A stretch of DNA of 64,000 bases from Nitrosopumilus sp. (GTDB lineage: Archaea; Thermoproteota; Nitrososphaeria; Nitrososphaerales; Nitrosopumilaceae), in NCBI GenBank assembly GCA_965214775.1, contig OZ243974.1:1728001-1792000 (forward strand), given 5' to 3'. The notes beneath the pieces were generated by a model. That model was not told where the DNA came from and ran no database searches. It worked only from the letters and a program-made list of their open reading frames with translations. Below are positions 9,284 to 18,261 of this stretch, piece after piece. A program made the translations under genes and the position numbers. Within the stretch, counting starts at the first letter, position 1. Each line of letters begins with the position of its first letter.

Positions 9284-10402
9284 GTGAGCGGCAAAGATCA
9301 GTCCGTAGTAAGTAAAGAAGCCCTGATGAGCACAAAACCTGGAAAACAAATAATGAAACAGGGCTTGTTCAAATCAAAGGGCTTTAGGTTATTTGACAGG
9401 TATAAAGAGGAAGCAGAGACCGAATTTCCAAATTTTGCCGAAAGATTTGCCAGGGGACTCTTGGATGAAATTAAATCCGACGCTAATCCTGGTTCTACCC
9501 AGCAAGCTTTTGCCGATGAGGTCGGTTCTGCTGAAATCATTTTGGAGGCCTCGGAGATTGAGCCTATAAGATCAAAACTACAAAGCCCAGACGTGCTAAA
9601 AGACAGGGTTCTTCGAATCCTGGACTCGAACTTTGTAAAGATGACTTTTCCTGTCTTCAATGCTCTGTATGACGGCGCAGCTGAATTTTCTGGCAGAAAC
9701 GACGATCCTCAGCTAAGACAGGACATGGTTGAGGGACACATTCTGGCAATTGATCTCAGCGAGCCCATGGATAGAATTGTTGACAAGGACGAGGATTTAG
9801 AGTACCTGGATGATTACAAGCTGATGAATCCGTATATTCTGAAACTGGCACGGGAAAAAATTTCCAAAGGCGGTGATCAAGTATTAAGAGAGTTTGAGGC
9901 CGGATTCAAAGACGCAAGAGCCGGCCAGTATGTCGATGAGAATCTAAAATCAAAACCAACTGAAATCACAGAAGCAGAAATGACACTGTCCTACAAAAAA
10001 TACCGCGCAGTGATGGGAACTGCCGGCAGGAACATGGCATTAGCTGAGAGGCCTTTGGGTGAAATCTTTTACTTGGGCATGGCACGTGCTGCCGAAGGTG
10101 TTGGCTGTGGAAACGAGATAGAGGACTCTGTCAAAAACGGGTTTATAAAAATCCCCTCCTGGCCGCTTTATTACACGTTGCTGTCTAATGATGCAAAAAA
10201 AGGATTTGAGATTACCTTGGAAAAGAGCAATCTGTATTTACAGGATGCAAGGCTTGCAGCAGAATTGCTGCCAGAGAACTTTTCGCACAAGGAATTTCTG
10301 GAATTCTTGTTTTTAACCGTTGACCACTACAACCAATATTGGTACAACCAACTACAAAAAGCCAACAAATGGTCGGAATTTGAATCCAGGCTACCCGGGT
10401 GA
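9284..10402 (+). CDS. Conserved hypothetical protein
   Basis: 372-aa ORF overlapping the RFC-L start. Confidence 0.75.
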   Translation: MSGKDQSVVSKEALMSTKPGKQIMKQGLFKSKGFRLFDRYKEEAETEFPNFAERFARGLLDEIKSDANPGSTQQAFADEVGSAEIILEASEIEPIRSKLQSPDVLKDRVLRILDSNFVKMTFPVFNALYDGAAEFSGRNDDPQLRQDMVEGHILAIDLSEPMDRIVDKDEDLEYLDDYKLMNPYILKLAREKISKGGDQVLREFEAGFKDARAGQYVDENLKSKPTEITEAEMTLSYKKYRAVMGTAGRNMALAERPLGEIFYLGMARAAEGVGCGNEIEDSVKNGFIKIPSWPLYYTLLSNDAKKGFEITLEKSNLYLQDARLAAELLPENFSHKEFLEFLFLTVDHYNQYWYNQLQKANKWSEFESRLPG

Positions 10403-11571
10403 TAAGATTGATGTGGTCTGAAAAATACCGGCCTCAGAGCATCTCTGAGATGGTCGGAAACGAGGAATCCCGTCTGGCAGTTTTAGAATGGTCTGCAAGA
10501 TGGAAAAAGGGAACAAAGCCACTCCTTCTTGCAGGCCCCCCTGGAATTGGCAAGACTACGATGGCATTTCTTGTGGCCAGACAGTTTGGATACGACATGA
10601 TCGGGCTCAATGCCAGTGATGTTAGAAGCAAGTCTAGGCTAAATGAGATTCTAACGCCTGTTTTGAGCAATGTCAGCGTTCTTGGCACTCCCATGATCTT
10701 CGTTGATGAGGTAGATGGAATCCATGGAAGGGGCGATTATGGGGGAGTTGCTGCATTAGTTGAAATTCTAAAGGAGCCGACTGTTCCGATAATCCTTGCG
10801 GCAAATGATGAGGGTGGTGAGAAAATGAAAAGTATCAAAAAGGCAGTCAAGACAGTTTCATTCAAAAAGATTCCCCCCAGACTACTTCGTGTCTATCTGG
10901 AAAACATCCTGAAAAAAGAAAACGCAACCCTGAGTCCCGGGTCGCTGATTAAAGTTGTTGACAAATCACGCGGAGACATACGCTCAATGATCAACCTTGC
11001 TCAATCATATGTTACGGGCTTTAATCCACAAACCGAAACAGCTTTTGAGAATATCAATGTTGAGGACGGGATTAATGCATTCTTCAAGGCCAAGTCTTTT
11101 GATGAGGCAAGAGGCGTTTTGTATTCGATGCAGATTGATCCTCGCCAAAAGATAGGCGCGTTTTATTCTAGCATTGTTACAAGCGATTTAGATAACGAAA
11201 CACTTGCAAAATATTTGGAGATAATCTCTGATGCTGACATCCTTTACGGGAGAATCATTCGCACACAAAATTGGAGATTGTTAAGATATCTTAACGACAT
11301 CCTGATCAAGCTGTATCGGAATGATGACAGGATTAGATATGCGCAATACAATCTGTCTTGGCCGGCGCTAAACAGAATTCGTTGGGATGGCGCAAAAATC
11401 AGATCGCTTTGCTCTGTTATGGCCGGGAAATTACACATGTCATCAAGTGCGTTTGCCACGTTTGGCCTGCCGTATTTTCTGTTTTGCATTAAAAACAACG
11501 GATCCATGGAATTGGAACTAGAGGAGACATTTGGAGACATTATTGAAAAGGAGATTGATCTGCTGCCATGA
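10399..11571 (+). CDS. rfcL: Replication factor C large subunit
   Basis: WSEKYRP, GPPGIGKT, LNASD, DEVD, GDIRSMIN. Confidence 0.88.
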   Translation: MIRLMWSEKYRPQSISEMVGNEESRLAVLEWSARWKKGTKPLLLAGPPGIGKTTMAFLVARQFGYDMIGLNASDVRSKSRLNEILTPVLSNVSVLGTPMIFVDEVDGIHGRGDYGGVAALVEILKEPTVPIILAANDEGGEKMKSIKKAVKTVSFKKIPPRLLRVYLENILKKENATLSPGSLIKVVDKSRGDIRSMINLAQSYVTGFNPQTETAFENINVEDGINAFFKAKSFDEARGVLYSMQIDPRQKIGAFYSSIVTSDLDNETLAKYLEIISDADILYGRIIRTQNWRLLRYLNDILIKLYRNDDRIRYAQYNLSWPALNRIRWDGAKIRSLCSVMAGKLHMSSSAFATFGLPYFLFCIKNNGSMELELEETFGDIIEKEIDLLP

Positions 11572-11900
11572 GCTGGAGAAAGATTCAGATGAAATTCCCC
11601 GGAACCTGCGTTGTATGCAACAAAAAAATCCAAGCCAACGAGATGGGTCTTTGGGCCAAAGGGCTTGGTGTAAAACATGAGAGGTGTGCCCAAGCAAGCG
11701 ATGGCGATGATGATTATGACGAGTTACGATGCATCATATGTGGAAATTCTGCCGGATGCCGACAATGTGAATTGCAAGACAGTTGTGACATTCCCAACGT
11801 CTCCCGGTTCTGTGTATGCAAGAGATGCAGTGAGCAGGAAAATGCTTTTGGATTGTATCAAAAGTCTGCAAAAAAGAAATTTCCGCTAATTGACACTTGA
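11568..11900 (+). CDS. Cys-rich Zn-binding hypothetical protein
   Basis: Several CxxC motifs; overlaps the rfcL stop. Confidence 0.7.
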   Translation: MSWRKIQMKFPGTCVVCNKKIQANEMGLWAKGLGVKHERCAQASDGDDDYDELRCIICGNSAGCRQCELQDSCDIPNVSRFCVCKRCSEQENAFGLYQKSAKKKFPLIDT

Positions 11901-11961
11901 TCACATGTCTTTTCTAGCGATTTTTGAATTTTTTCAAAAGAATGCCTTGTTTGCGATCATG

Positions 11962-12141
11962 CAGTCTTCCCAGAAGTACAGTCGTATGAGTTTACCCCTA
12001 GAGAGTTGATTCGAAATTAGCAGACTCTGATTATTTGTGAATGAATTTGCATAAAACGGTTCAAAACATCAACAAAATGCAGATTATCTGTGAAATTACT
12101 TGAAAAATTCGCACGGCTTCTAATTTCGGATCACCTCTCAG
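11962..12141. mobile_element. Nested element ends: ISH3 TIR (11962), IS66-type MITE left end (~11985), complete IS5-type MITE (12002-12138)
   Basis: CAGTCTTCCCAGAAGTA; GTATGAGTTTACCCC; AGAGTTGATTCGAAATTAG...CTAATTTCGGATCACCTCT, the same TIRs as the IS at 31802-32960. Confidence 0.8.
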
Positions 12142-12153
12142 GGGATTTCAGAA

Positions 12154-12552
12154 TTGGGATGGGCGTACATCGGAACAGGAATCATTCCCATCGTCATAGT
12201 ACTGGCGGTCATAATATCGGCAATCGTGGGCGATACGGCAAAACATAGGCAAGCAAAGCCACCAAGGACGAAAGTCCTGCTGGTCGACGCGATGTATGGG
12301 GGGCTTGATGCCCGGCTGGCAGAAATTGGATGCGAGGCGCAAAGCGTCAGGAAGCTGTGCGCGGAGGGACTTCCGATGAGGTCTGACTTTTCTGTCCTGA
12401 AATACGCCGAGAAGTACGGCATGATTCTGGTGACCAATGACAGGGAGAACATCGCCGGCTGCGAGGAGAACGGCATCCCGTGCATAAGCAGCGGAAAGAG
12501 CCCGTCGGCCGACAAGATCATCCGGGCCGTCAGGGCCGTGGAAGGATCGTAG
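12154..12552 (+). CDS. PIN-like (DUF5615/Mut7-C) domain protein with N-terminal TM segment, probably 5'-truncated
   Basis: VLLVDAM...SDFSVLKYAEKYGMILVTND pattern. Confidence 0.55.
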   Translation: MGWAYIGTGIIPIVIVLAVIISAIVGDTAKHRQAKPPRTKVLLVDAMYGGLDARLAEIGCEAQSVRKLCAEGLPMRSDFSVLKYAEKYGMILVTNDRENIAGCEENGIPCISSGKSPSADKIIRAVRAVEGS

Positions 12553-12869
12553 TGCTGTCATACTGTCCCAATTCCTCGTGTTCCTGGCAGTATCGGCCAA
12601 TCACGGTTCGGCATTAACAGCGTGCTGTCACGCCAGTCGCGCGTTTTATGCCAATACGAAATCGTCACGGTGGAGATCATGACTAGTTCTGGCACGTCTG
12701 ACACCGCAAACGAGATCAGCTAAGTGAAAAGTACCCTGAAATCGAGTAAAACAGAAGCTGGACAGGAGGTACGACGCCTCAATAGCAAGGCAAAATAGCA
12801 ATTCTTGTTTACTTTTCACTTATCTGTTTTTGTCGGCATATTTTTAAAACATGCCATGATCGACCAATC

Positions 12870-15101
12870 ATGACAGGCAGCAAAAGGATGATTCTAATCC
12901 TTTTGCTTACAACATTTGCAATTCCATCAGCTGTTTTGGCATCAGCACAACAGACAGTCAACGAGGAAGACGATGCAAACGCTGACATTCCAGGGGATCT
13001 TATCCCTACTGGCCCAACAGGTCCGGTCGGCATAGTGAATGAGCTACAAAAAGCACACTCTAACCTGTCAGGCATAATGGACGAACACTCCGGTGGGAGC
13101 TATGAGCACGACTATCCGTTTACAATGGCGTATGTTGACCCAGACAGGGAAGAGCTGGTAGTTGCAATGCACCCTTTGGCTGCATTTGTCGGTATTGAAT
13201 ATGATGAATCTGAAATACAGCAGGTGCTAGGAACCGCCGTACCGCTGAAGATAATTTATGCAGAGTTTATCCCGGAGGCAACGCAGACGCAACAAGACTA
13301 TTACGAGAGGTACTGCACGCCAGACATCGCACCGGGATACCTTGCAGTGTGCAAGGCATACGCAAAGATACTGATCAATGGAGGCATAGAGCCCGCAGAC
13401 CTTGGACCATATACAATTTTCATCGACACCTTTGACAACATGAGAAACTGGGATCTGGACGGAGACGACATAGATGACGATGACCTGGGAAGCGGTTATG
13501 GCGTAATCCCGGGGCACACGACCCGCAACGACGTTGCAACAAATGACGATGATTGTGACACATGTGTGATGGAGCTAGACGACAACATAGACCTGTCTGG
13601 CTATGACAGTGCGGCACTGTCATTTTGGAAGCTGGTAGATGACGGCTTTGAGAGTGGAGATTACCTCAAGGTGGAGACGACGCACGACGGAAGCAGCTGG
13701 ACCCAACAGTTCAAGTGGACTACCGGGGACGACCAGTGGCAAAAACACACGTTGTCGATCCCCACGACATCAACGACAGACTTTAACGTTAGATTCACTG
13801 CGCAGATTGCAGATGATGACAACAAGTTTGGCATTGACAATGTAATTGTCAAGGTTGAAAACAATGCAGAGGGAGAAGAATCAGTACAGCCGCCTTCAGA
13901 CACTACGCCGCCGGTAATTACGGTTCCAGACGATATCGCAGGCACTCCTCGAGTGGCCTCTTTGGGATATTACGCAGAGTTTACTGTAACTGCAACTGAT
14001 GATACAGACGGCACTGTGGATGTTACATGTTCGCATGATAGCGGTTACTTCCAGATTGGCGTAACAACAGTTGAGTGCAGTGCAACTGATAATGCGGGAA
14101 ACGCCGCAAGTGCAAGCTTTACAATTACTGTGACAAGCGGTACTCCTGCAGACTCGGATGGCGACGGATACCACGATGGAATTGACCAGTGTCCGAATGA
14201 GGCAAGTGATAGTAATTATGGATGTCCGGAGGAGGAAAGCAGCATGTCCATCTATGCAGGCCAGGAGCATGAGTATACATACGAGCATCTGATTGGCGAC
14301 CAACCACATATGCATAATGGCGGCTCTTACGGTACAATAGGTTTTACTGGAACCGACATGAACGGACAGATCGGCTTTGTCGGCGCAGGGCATACTTTTC
14401 AGCCTGAAGTAAATTTTGACGGAACATCCCACATTGTTCAAAAGCACTTTCACAAATACGAAAACGTCACAGTATCAAACGTAACAGCTGTCAGCCCATT
14501 TGGAAGGCACGGCTCTGGTAATTACAACCTGGATGCAGGATGGGTTCCGTTGGACACCACAAAGGCGCAGATCACAAATCAGATCAAGAGGCTTGATGGC
14601 CAAGTTTGGAGCATGACGCAGGCAAACAGCGCAGACGCGCAGCGAGGAGCCAAGATTGACCTGAGCGGTGCAAAAACCAACTCGAATGGCGTTTTGCTGT
14701 TCAAAAATGCCACAATAATCACACACAACCACAAAAATGAACTAGTCACCATGGAGGGCCATTACCTTGGAAACTACAACAGCATACGGGGCGACAGTGG
14801 CGCACCTGTGACAATTAATGCCACCAACCCCACACCGTCACCATCTGTAAAACTGATTGGAATACACACAGGAACCATATGCAGGTACTCTTCCCCTTCT
14901 GAGGGAAACGACGAGGTAAACGTGTACTCCATATTCAATGGAACTGATCCATACGGGGAATTTGAGAATGGCTATCAAGTTTGCGGATACGGCGCACAGC
15001 GCTTGGCTTCATTGCCAAACTCAAACATATCTTCACTGAGCTGGTACTACAAAGCAATCGTTCCATGGGATCTGATAAAAAATGAGTTTAGCATTCGTTA
15101 A
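12870..15101 (+). CDS. Secreted multidomain S1 (chymotrypsin-like) serine protease: signal/pro region, MAM-like beta-sandwich, HYR, TSP3-like repeat, protease domain
   Basis: Signal peptide; DTTPPVITVP (HYR); DSDGDGYHDGIDQCP; triad motifs GFVGAGH, LDAGWV, GDSGAP. Confidence 0.8.
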   Translation: MTGSKRMILILLLTTFAIPSAVLASAQQTVNEEDDANADIPGDLIPTGPTGPVGIVNELQKAHSNLSGIMDEHSGGSYEHDYPFTMAYVDPDREELVVAMHPLAAFVGIEYDESEIQQVLGTAVPLKIIYAEFIPEATQTQQDYYERYCTPDIAPGYLAVCKAYAKILINGGIEPADLGPYTIFIDTFDNMRNWDLDGDDIDDDDLGSGYGVIPGHTTRNDVATNDDDCDTCVMELDDNIDLSGYDSAALSFWKLVDDGFESGDYLKVETTHDGSSWTQQFKWTTGDDQWQKHTLSIPTTSTTDFNVRFTAQIADDDNKFGIDNVIVKVENNAEGEESVQPPSDTTPPVITVPDDIAGTPRVASLGYYAEFTVTATDDTDGTVDVTCSHDSGYFQIGVTTVECSATDNAGNAASASFTITVTSGTPADSDGDGYHDGIDQCPNEASDSNYGCPEEESSMSIYAGQEHEYTYEHLIGDQPHMHNGGSYGTIGFTGTDMNGQIGFVGAGHTFQPEVNFDGTSHIVQKHFHKYENVTVSNVTAVSPFGRHGSGNYNLDAGWVPLDTTKAQITNQIKRLDGQVWSMTQANSADAQRGAKIDLSGAKTNSNGVLLFKNATIITHNHKNELVTMEGHYLGNYNSIRGDSGAPVTINATNPTPSPSVKLIGIHTGTICRYSSPSEGNDEVNVYSIFNGTDPYGEFENGYQVCGYGAQRLASLPNSNISSLSWYYKAIVPWDLIKNEFSIR

Positions 15102-15621
15102 CTCACCTTATTTTCTGATCCAAAGTGCAAGTAAATTAAATATGACAAAGACCAATACTGCTAATGCCTCCACTACAATGTCACCATCCAAGGCATGCAT
15201 CACAGCTGCAGTGTTTTGCTGCCTCTTGGCACTTTTTGTTCCAGAATCTGCAGAGGCCATCGATATAGAAAACTGCATGGATCGTACAGAAAAAGCAGTC
15301 ATGTATAGGAATTCAGATAGTAGGGCATCCTGTGTAAGTCTGAGCAGTGTTGAGAAACTAGAGCAAAGAGGATGGGGAAGCTACAACCCACTAGATCCCA
15401 TAATGCCTAGGATAGTTGAGTTTGGCACCCTTGGCAGACCATTAGTCACATATCCAATACTTGGCCAAGAAATCACTCCGTCCTACTATGATAGATTTGT
15501 AATGAAATGTGCAAAGCTCACTGGTTACACTTGCAGCTTACATCTTAATAATGACACAGAAATATACAATTTCCTTAAAACTGACATGGAGAAGTACTTC
15601 ACTGTGGATCCAGCTAAGTGA
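15082..15621 (+). CDS. Exported protein downstream of the protease (start probably later)
   Basis: Hydrophobic signal; C...SDSRASCVS...KLEQRGW motif of the kind seen in thaumarchaeal exported proteins. Confidence 0.6.
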   Translation: MSLAFVNSPYFLIQSASKLNMTKTNTANASTTMSPSKACITAAVFCCLLALFVPESAEAIDIENCMDRTEKAVMYRNSDSRASCVSLSSVEKLEQRGWGSYNPLDPIMPRIVEFGTLGRPLVTYPILGQEITPSYYDRFVMKCAKLTGYTCSLHLNNDTEIYNFLKTDMEKYFTVDPAK

Positions 15622-15775
15622 AAAGGTACACATCAGGTCCTATCTAAGCCGGCCAGGGACTTTTCCCCAAGAACTTTTTGATCCTTCCGCACTTGTTGTG
15701 ACAGAATCGCTGCATTGCTGACACGTCTTTTGTACATGCAAGATTGAACGCCGGAACCAGCGCCGCATCGAACCA

Positions 15776-16042
15776 TCAACCCCGTTTCTTGGACGGCCTG
15801 AACGCGACTGATGCCGTAGCACCCATGCAAAAAAAGAGGAATCCAAACGCCGCGCAGGTGATAATCTTGTCATGATTCATCTCCATGAACATGCCCAGGT
15901 ACGACAAGACGGACAGGGACACGATCACGCCGCCAATAACCGTCACTGCAACGGCGGCAAGCCACTCAAATGACACATTGCACCGGCCGCGCGCCTTTCC
16001 ATGGATTGTGCGGGTCATTGTGACAACCCTCTCAAGGGACAC
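15776..16042 (-). CDS. Small two-TM membrane protein (paralog A)
   Basis: Two hydrophobic helices; N-terminus similar to 16154-16402. Confidence 0.55.
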   Translation of the reverse strand: MSLERVVTMTRTIHGKARGRCNVSFEWLAAVAVTVIGGVIVSLSVLSYLGMFMEMNHDKIITCAAFGFLFFCMGATASVAFRPSKKRG

Positions 16043-16153
16043 ATGCCATCACCATATGTCTAAGCACTTAAGCGCGGGATGACCAGCGGTCTCCATTCAC
16101 TGTCATGCTGGAAAGCAGTATCGGCCATGAATCATCGGATGTCACCGCCAGGA

Positions 16154-16402
16154 TCATTTGAGGACGTGTGACCACGCGATGCAGACGGCAAGAATAGCCG
16201 CCAACTGACCTGCGGCCATCAGGTGCCATTCCGCGGCCGGATTCCCGGGCAGGCCAATGAACGCGAGGAACGCCACGCACATAGACACGCCCACAAGCGC
16301 CACCACCATCAGGGGGTGAAACCTGTCAGTGAATGTTTCCCAAATGCGGCATGCCCTGCCGCCGACGGTGCGGGTCACTGTGGCAAGCCTTTCAATGCAC
16401 AT
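16154..16402 (-). CDS. Small two-TM membrane protein (paralog B)
   Basis: MCIERLATVTRTVGG vs MSLERVVTMTRTIHG; shared upstream motif. Confidence 0.55.
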   Translation of the reverse strand: MCIERLATVTRTVGGRACRIWETFTDRFHPLMVVALVGVSMCVAFLAFIGLPGNPAAEWHLMAAGQLAAILAVCIAWSHVLK

Positions 16403-16619
16403 ATGCCATCATGATGCACCGTGGAATTTAAGCGCGGAATGACAGGTGTCGGCCAGGCCGTGTCCTCTTAATCCGGGCGTGAAGGTTGCAGCGTTTCAGG
16501 ACACGTGATGTGTGGTGTTGTAACAAGACGGTCCGTGTCTGGAAACCACGGTCGCATTAGGTGTCAACTGTAAATTTCCAGATCCCTACTTTTTTATAGA
16601 ATGTTCAGATAGAGTACAG

Positions 16620-16714
16620 CGTTGGCGACGGGAATTGAACCCGCATGAACGGCCCGTATGGGGGCCCCTCGCCGAGGCCTAAACTCGGTGGGCTTGCCAA
16701 TGCCCAACGCCAAC
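16620..16714 (-). tRNA. Non-canonical tRNA-like gene, anticodon TAG (nominally Leu), 27-nt variable region
   Basis: GTTGGCG/CGCCAAC acceptor stem, GGGC-ATTGGCAA-GCCC D arm, CCGAG-TTTAGGC-CTCGG anticodon arm, GCGGG-TTCAATT-CCCGT T arm; TATA-like sequence ~25 nt upstream. Confidence 0.8.
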
Positions 16715-16919
16715 GTCATTTCTTGGGCCTGCTTTGTATATTAGATTACAAAAGCTGGATTTCGGGTAACAGTTCAAGGACTGCATTGCAGTGCAGATTG
16801 ACAGACTCAACGCCATCCAGACTGCACGGATTTTCCCTGTTGCAATGTAATCTGAACCCGTGAACAGGATGGAACCTGACGCATCACAAACATGACATGC
16901 AGAACCGCCACACATGGTA

Positions 16920-17324
16920 CTATTTCAGACCCAGCCATGAGAGTCTTTTCAGATCTGCAAAGAATTGCTCATGGACTTCTGCCGGCGGCCGGTTATACGG
17001 AAAATTCTCAAGCACGTACAGCCTCTGGTCTATTATGCGCACCAACCCGAGCTGTTGGTTGGTTCTCAGATTCTCAGAATGTGTCACATCTACTACGGCA
17101 CCCTGCAGTTCAGACTGGAAGCGTTCAAACCATTCGTCATTCCCAAACAGCTTGCCACTGTCACCAGGAACGGGTCTTATGCGCGCGTCAATCTGCCTGA
17201 AAGACCTTCGGAGACTGGATATCTCCTGTCCTCTTTTTATTTTCCTGATTGCCATGGAAATGACATTTACTATTCCAACAACTATAATTCCCCCCATGAT
17301 TGAATGCAGCCATGGCTCGATCAT
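16920..17324 (-). CDS. Membrane-anchored hypothetical protein
   Basis: N-terminal TM helix; same upstream motif as paralogs A and B. Confidence 0.6.
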   Translation of the reverse strand: MIEPWLHSIMGGIIVVGIVNVISMAIRKIKRGQEISSLRRSFRQIDARIRPVPGDSGKLFGNDEWFERFQSELQGAVVDVTHSENLRTNQQLGLVRIIDQRLYVLENFPYNRPPAEVHEQFFADLKRLSWLGLK

Positions 17325-17412
17325 CTGACTTGAAATTGTCTGTGTGGATTTAAAGCGCGGTATGACTGCCGGCCTTGATACTTTTTATAACAACACCGCA
17401 TACATTCAGCAG

Positions 17413-17883
17413 ATGATACTGCAGCCGGAGGAGCGCGTACTGTTCATAATAAACGACAATGCCGTACACGGGGCGACACGGCTGCAGAAATACGGGTTTC
17501 TGCTGCACAAACAGTACCGGAAGGAGCTGTCAGAGCTGGCAATCGAGTACATGGTGCCGTTTTATGACGACTGGAAGGCATACCATTACGGGCCGTTCAG
17601 CAGGCAGCTGGAGGCAGACATAGAAAAATGCGTCGATGCGGGGCTGATAAAAAAGGATGCCGGCAGCGGCAATCACAAGTATGATATATACTCCCTCACC
17701 ACGAAGGGGCGCGTCAAGTGGCGCAGGCTGCTGGCAGAAAAGACGTCGGAGATAGGCGACCTGCACGAGAAGATACGCCTCCTACAGGCCGAGAACCTCC
17801 GCACGCTGCTGACGAAAATCTACAACGCGTACCCCGAGTATATCGTCAACAGCAGGATAAGGGACGAGATAGCATCACACTGA
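17413..17883 (+). CDS. SocA/Panacea (DUF4065)- or YwgA-like antitoxin-family protein
   Basis: TRLQKYGFL, WKAYHYGPFS, YSLT..G motifs; TTTTATAA upstream of ATG 17413. Confidence 0.65.
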   Translation: MILQPEERVLFIINDNAVHGATRLQKYGFLLHKQYRKELSELAIEYMVPFYDDWKAYHYGPFSRQLEADIEKCVDAGLIKKDAGSGNHKYDIYSLTTKGRVKWRRLLAEKTSEIGDLHEKIRLLQAENLRTLLTKIYNAYPEYIVNSRIRDEIASH

Positions 17884-18261
17884 ACTGATCCTGTTGACTA
17901 TCCTCAGGTGCCGGACAAAATATGCCGGCGGAATCGCAAACATGGACGCCAGCAGGATGGACAGCAATGCGAGATCCCCTTCGAAGAGCCCGAACACGGC
18001 AACGAATCCCAGCAGCATTATGACGGACATCGAGAACAGGTCTATCTTGAATCCGACGCTCCTGTTCTCATTCCTGTTGACCCGGTACGTGACTATCTGC
18101 GTGCGCAGTGCCTCCTCCAGTGACTCGGTCTCTGGTCCGCGCTGATCCTTTGCATCGGAGATCTTATTCAGCTTCTTCTCAAAGGACAGTATTATCGCAT
18201 TGTATCTGGTGTCAAGGTACACGAAGCGCGATGTTATTATGATTCCAATGACTATTACCAT
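17875..18261 (-). CDS. Membrane protein, 5' end abuts the IS
   Basis: Hydrophobic segments; starts at the IS5 TIR. Confidence 0.5.
   Translation of the reverse strand: MVIVIGIIITSRFVYLDTRYNAIILSFEKKLNKISDAKDQRGPETESLEEALRTQIVTYRVNRNENRSVGFKIDLFSMSVIMLLGFVAVFGLFEGDLALLSILLASMFAIPPAYFVRHLRIVNRISSV

Noticed and set aside
16620-16714. tRNA-Sec or tRNA-Pyl
   Set aside because: Anticodon is neither TCA nor CTA, the D stem is only 4 bp, and no sel/pyl genes are in the window
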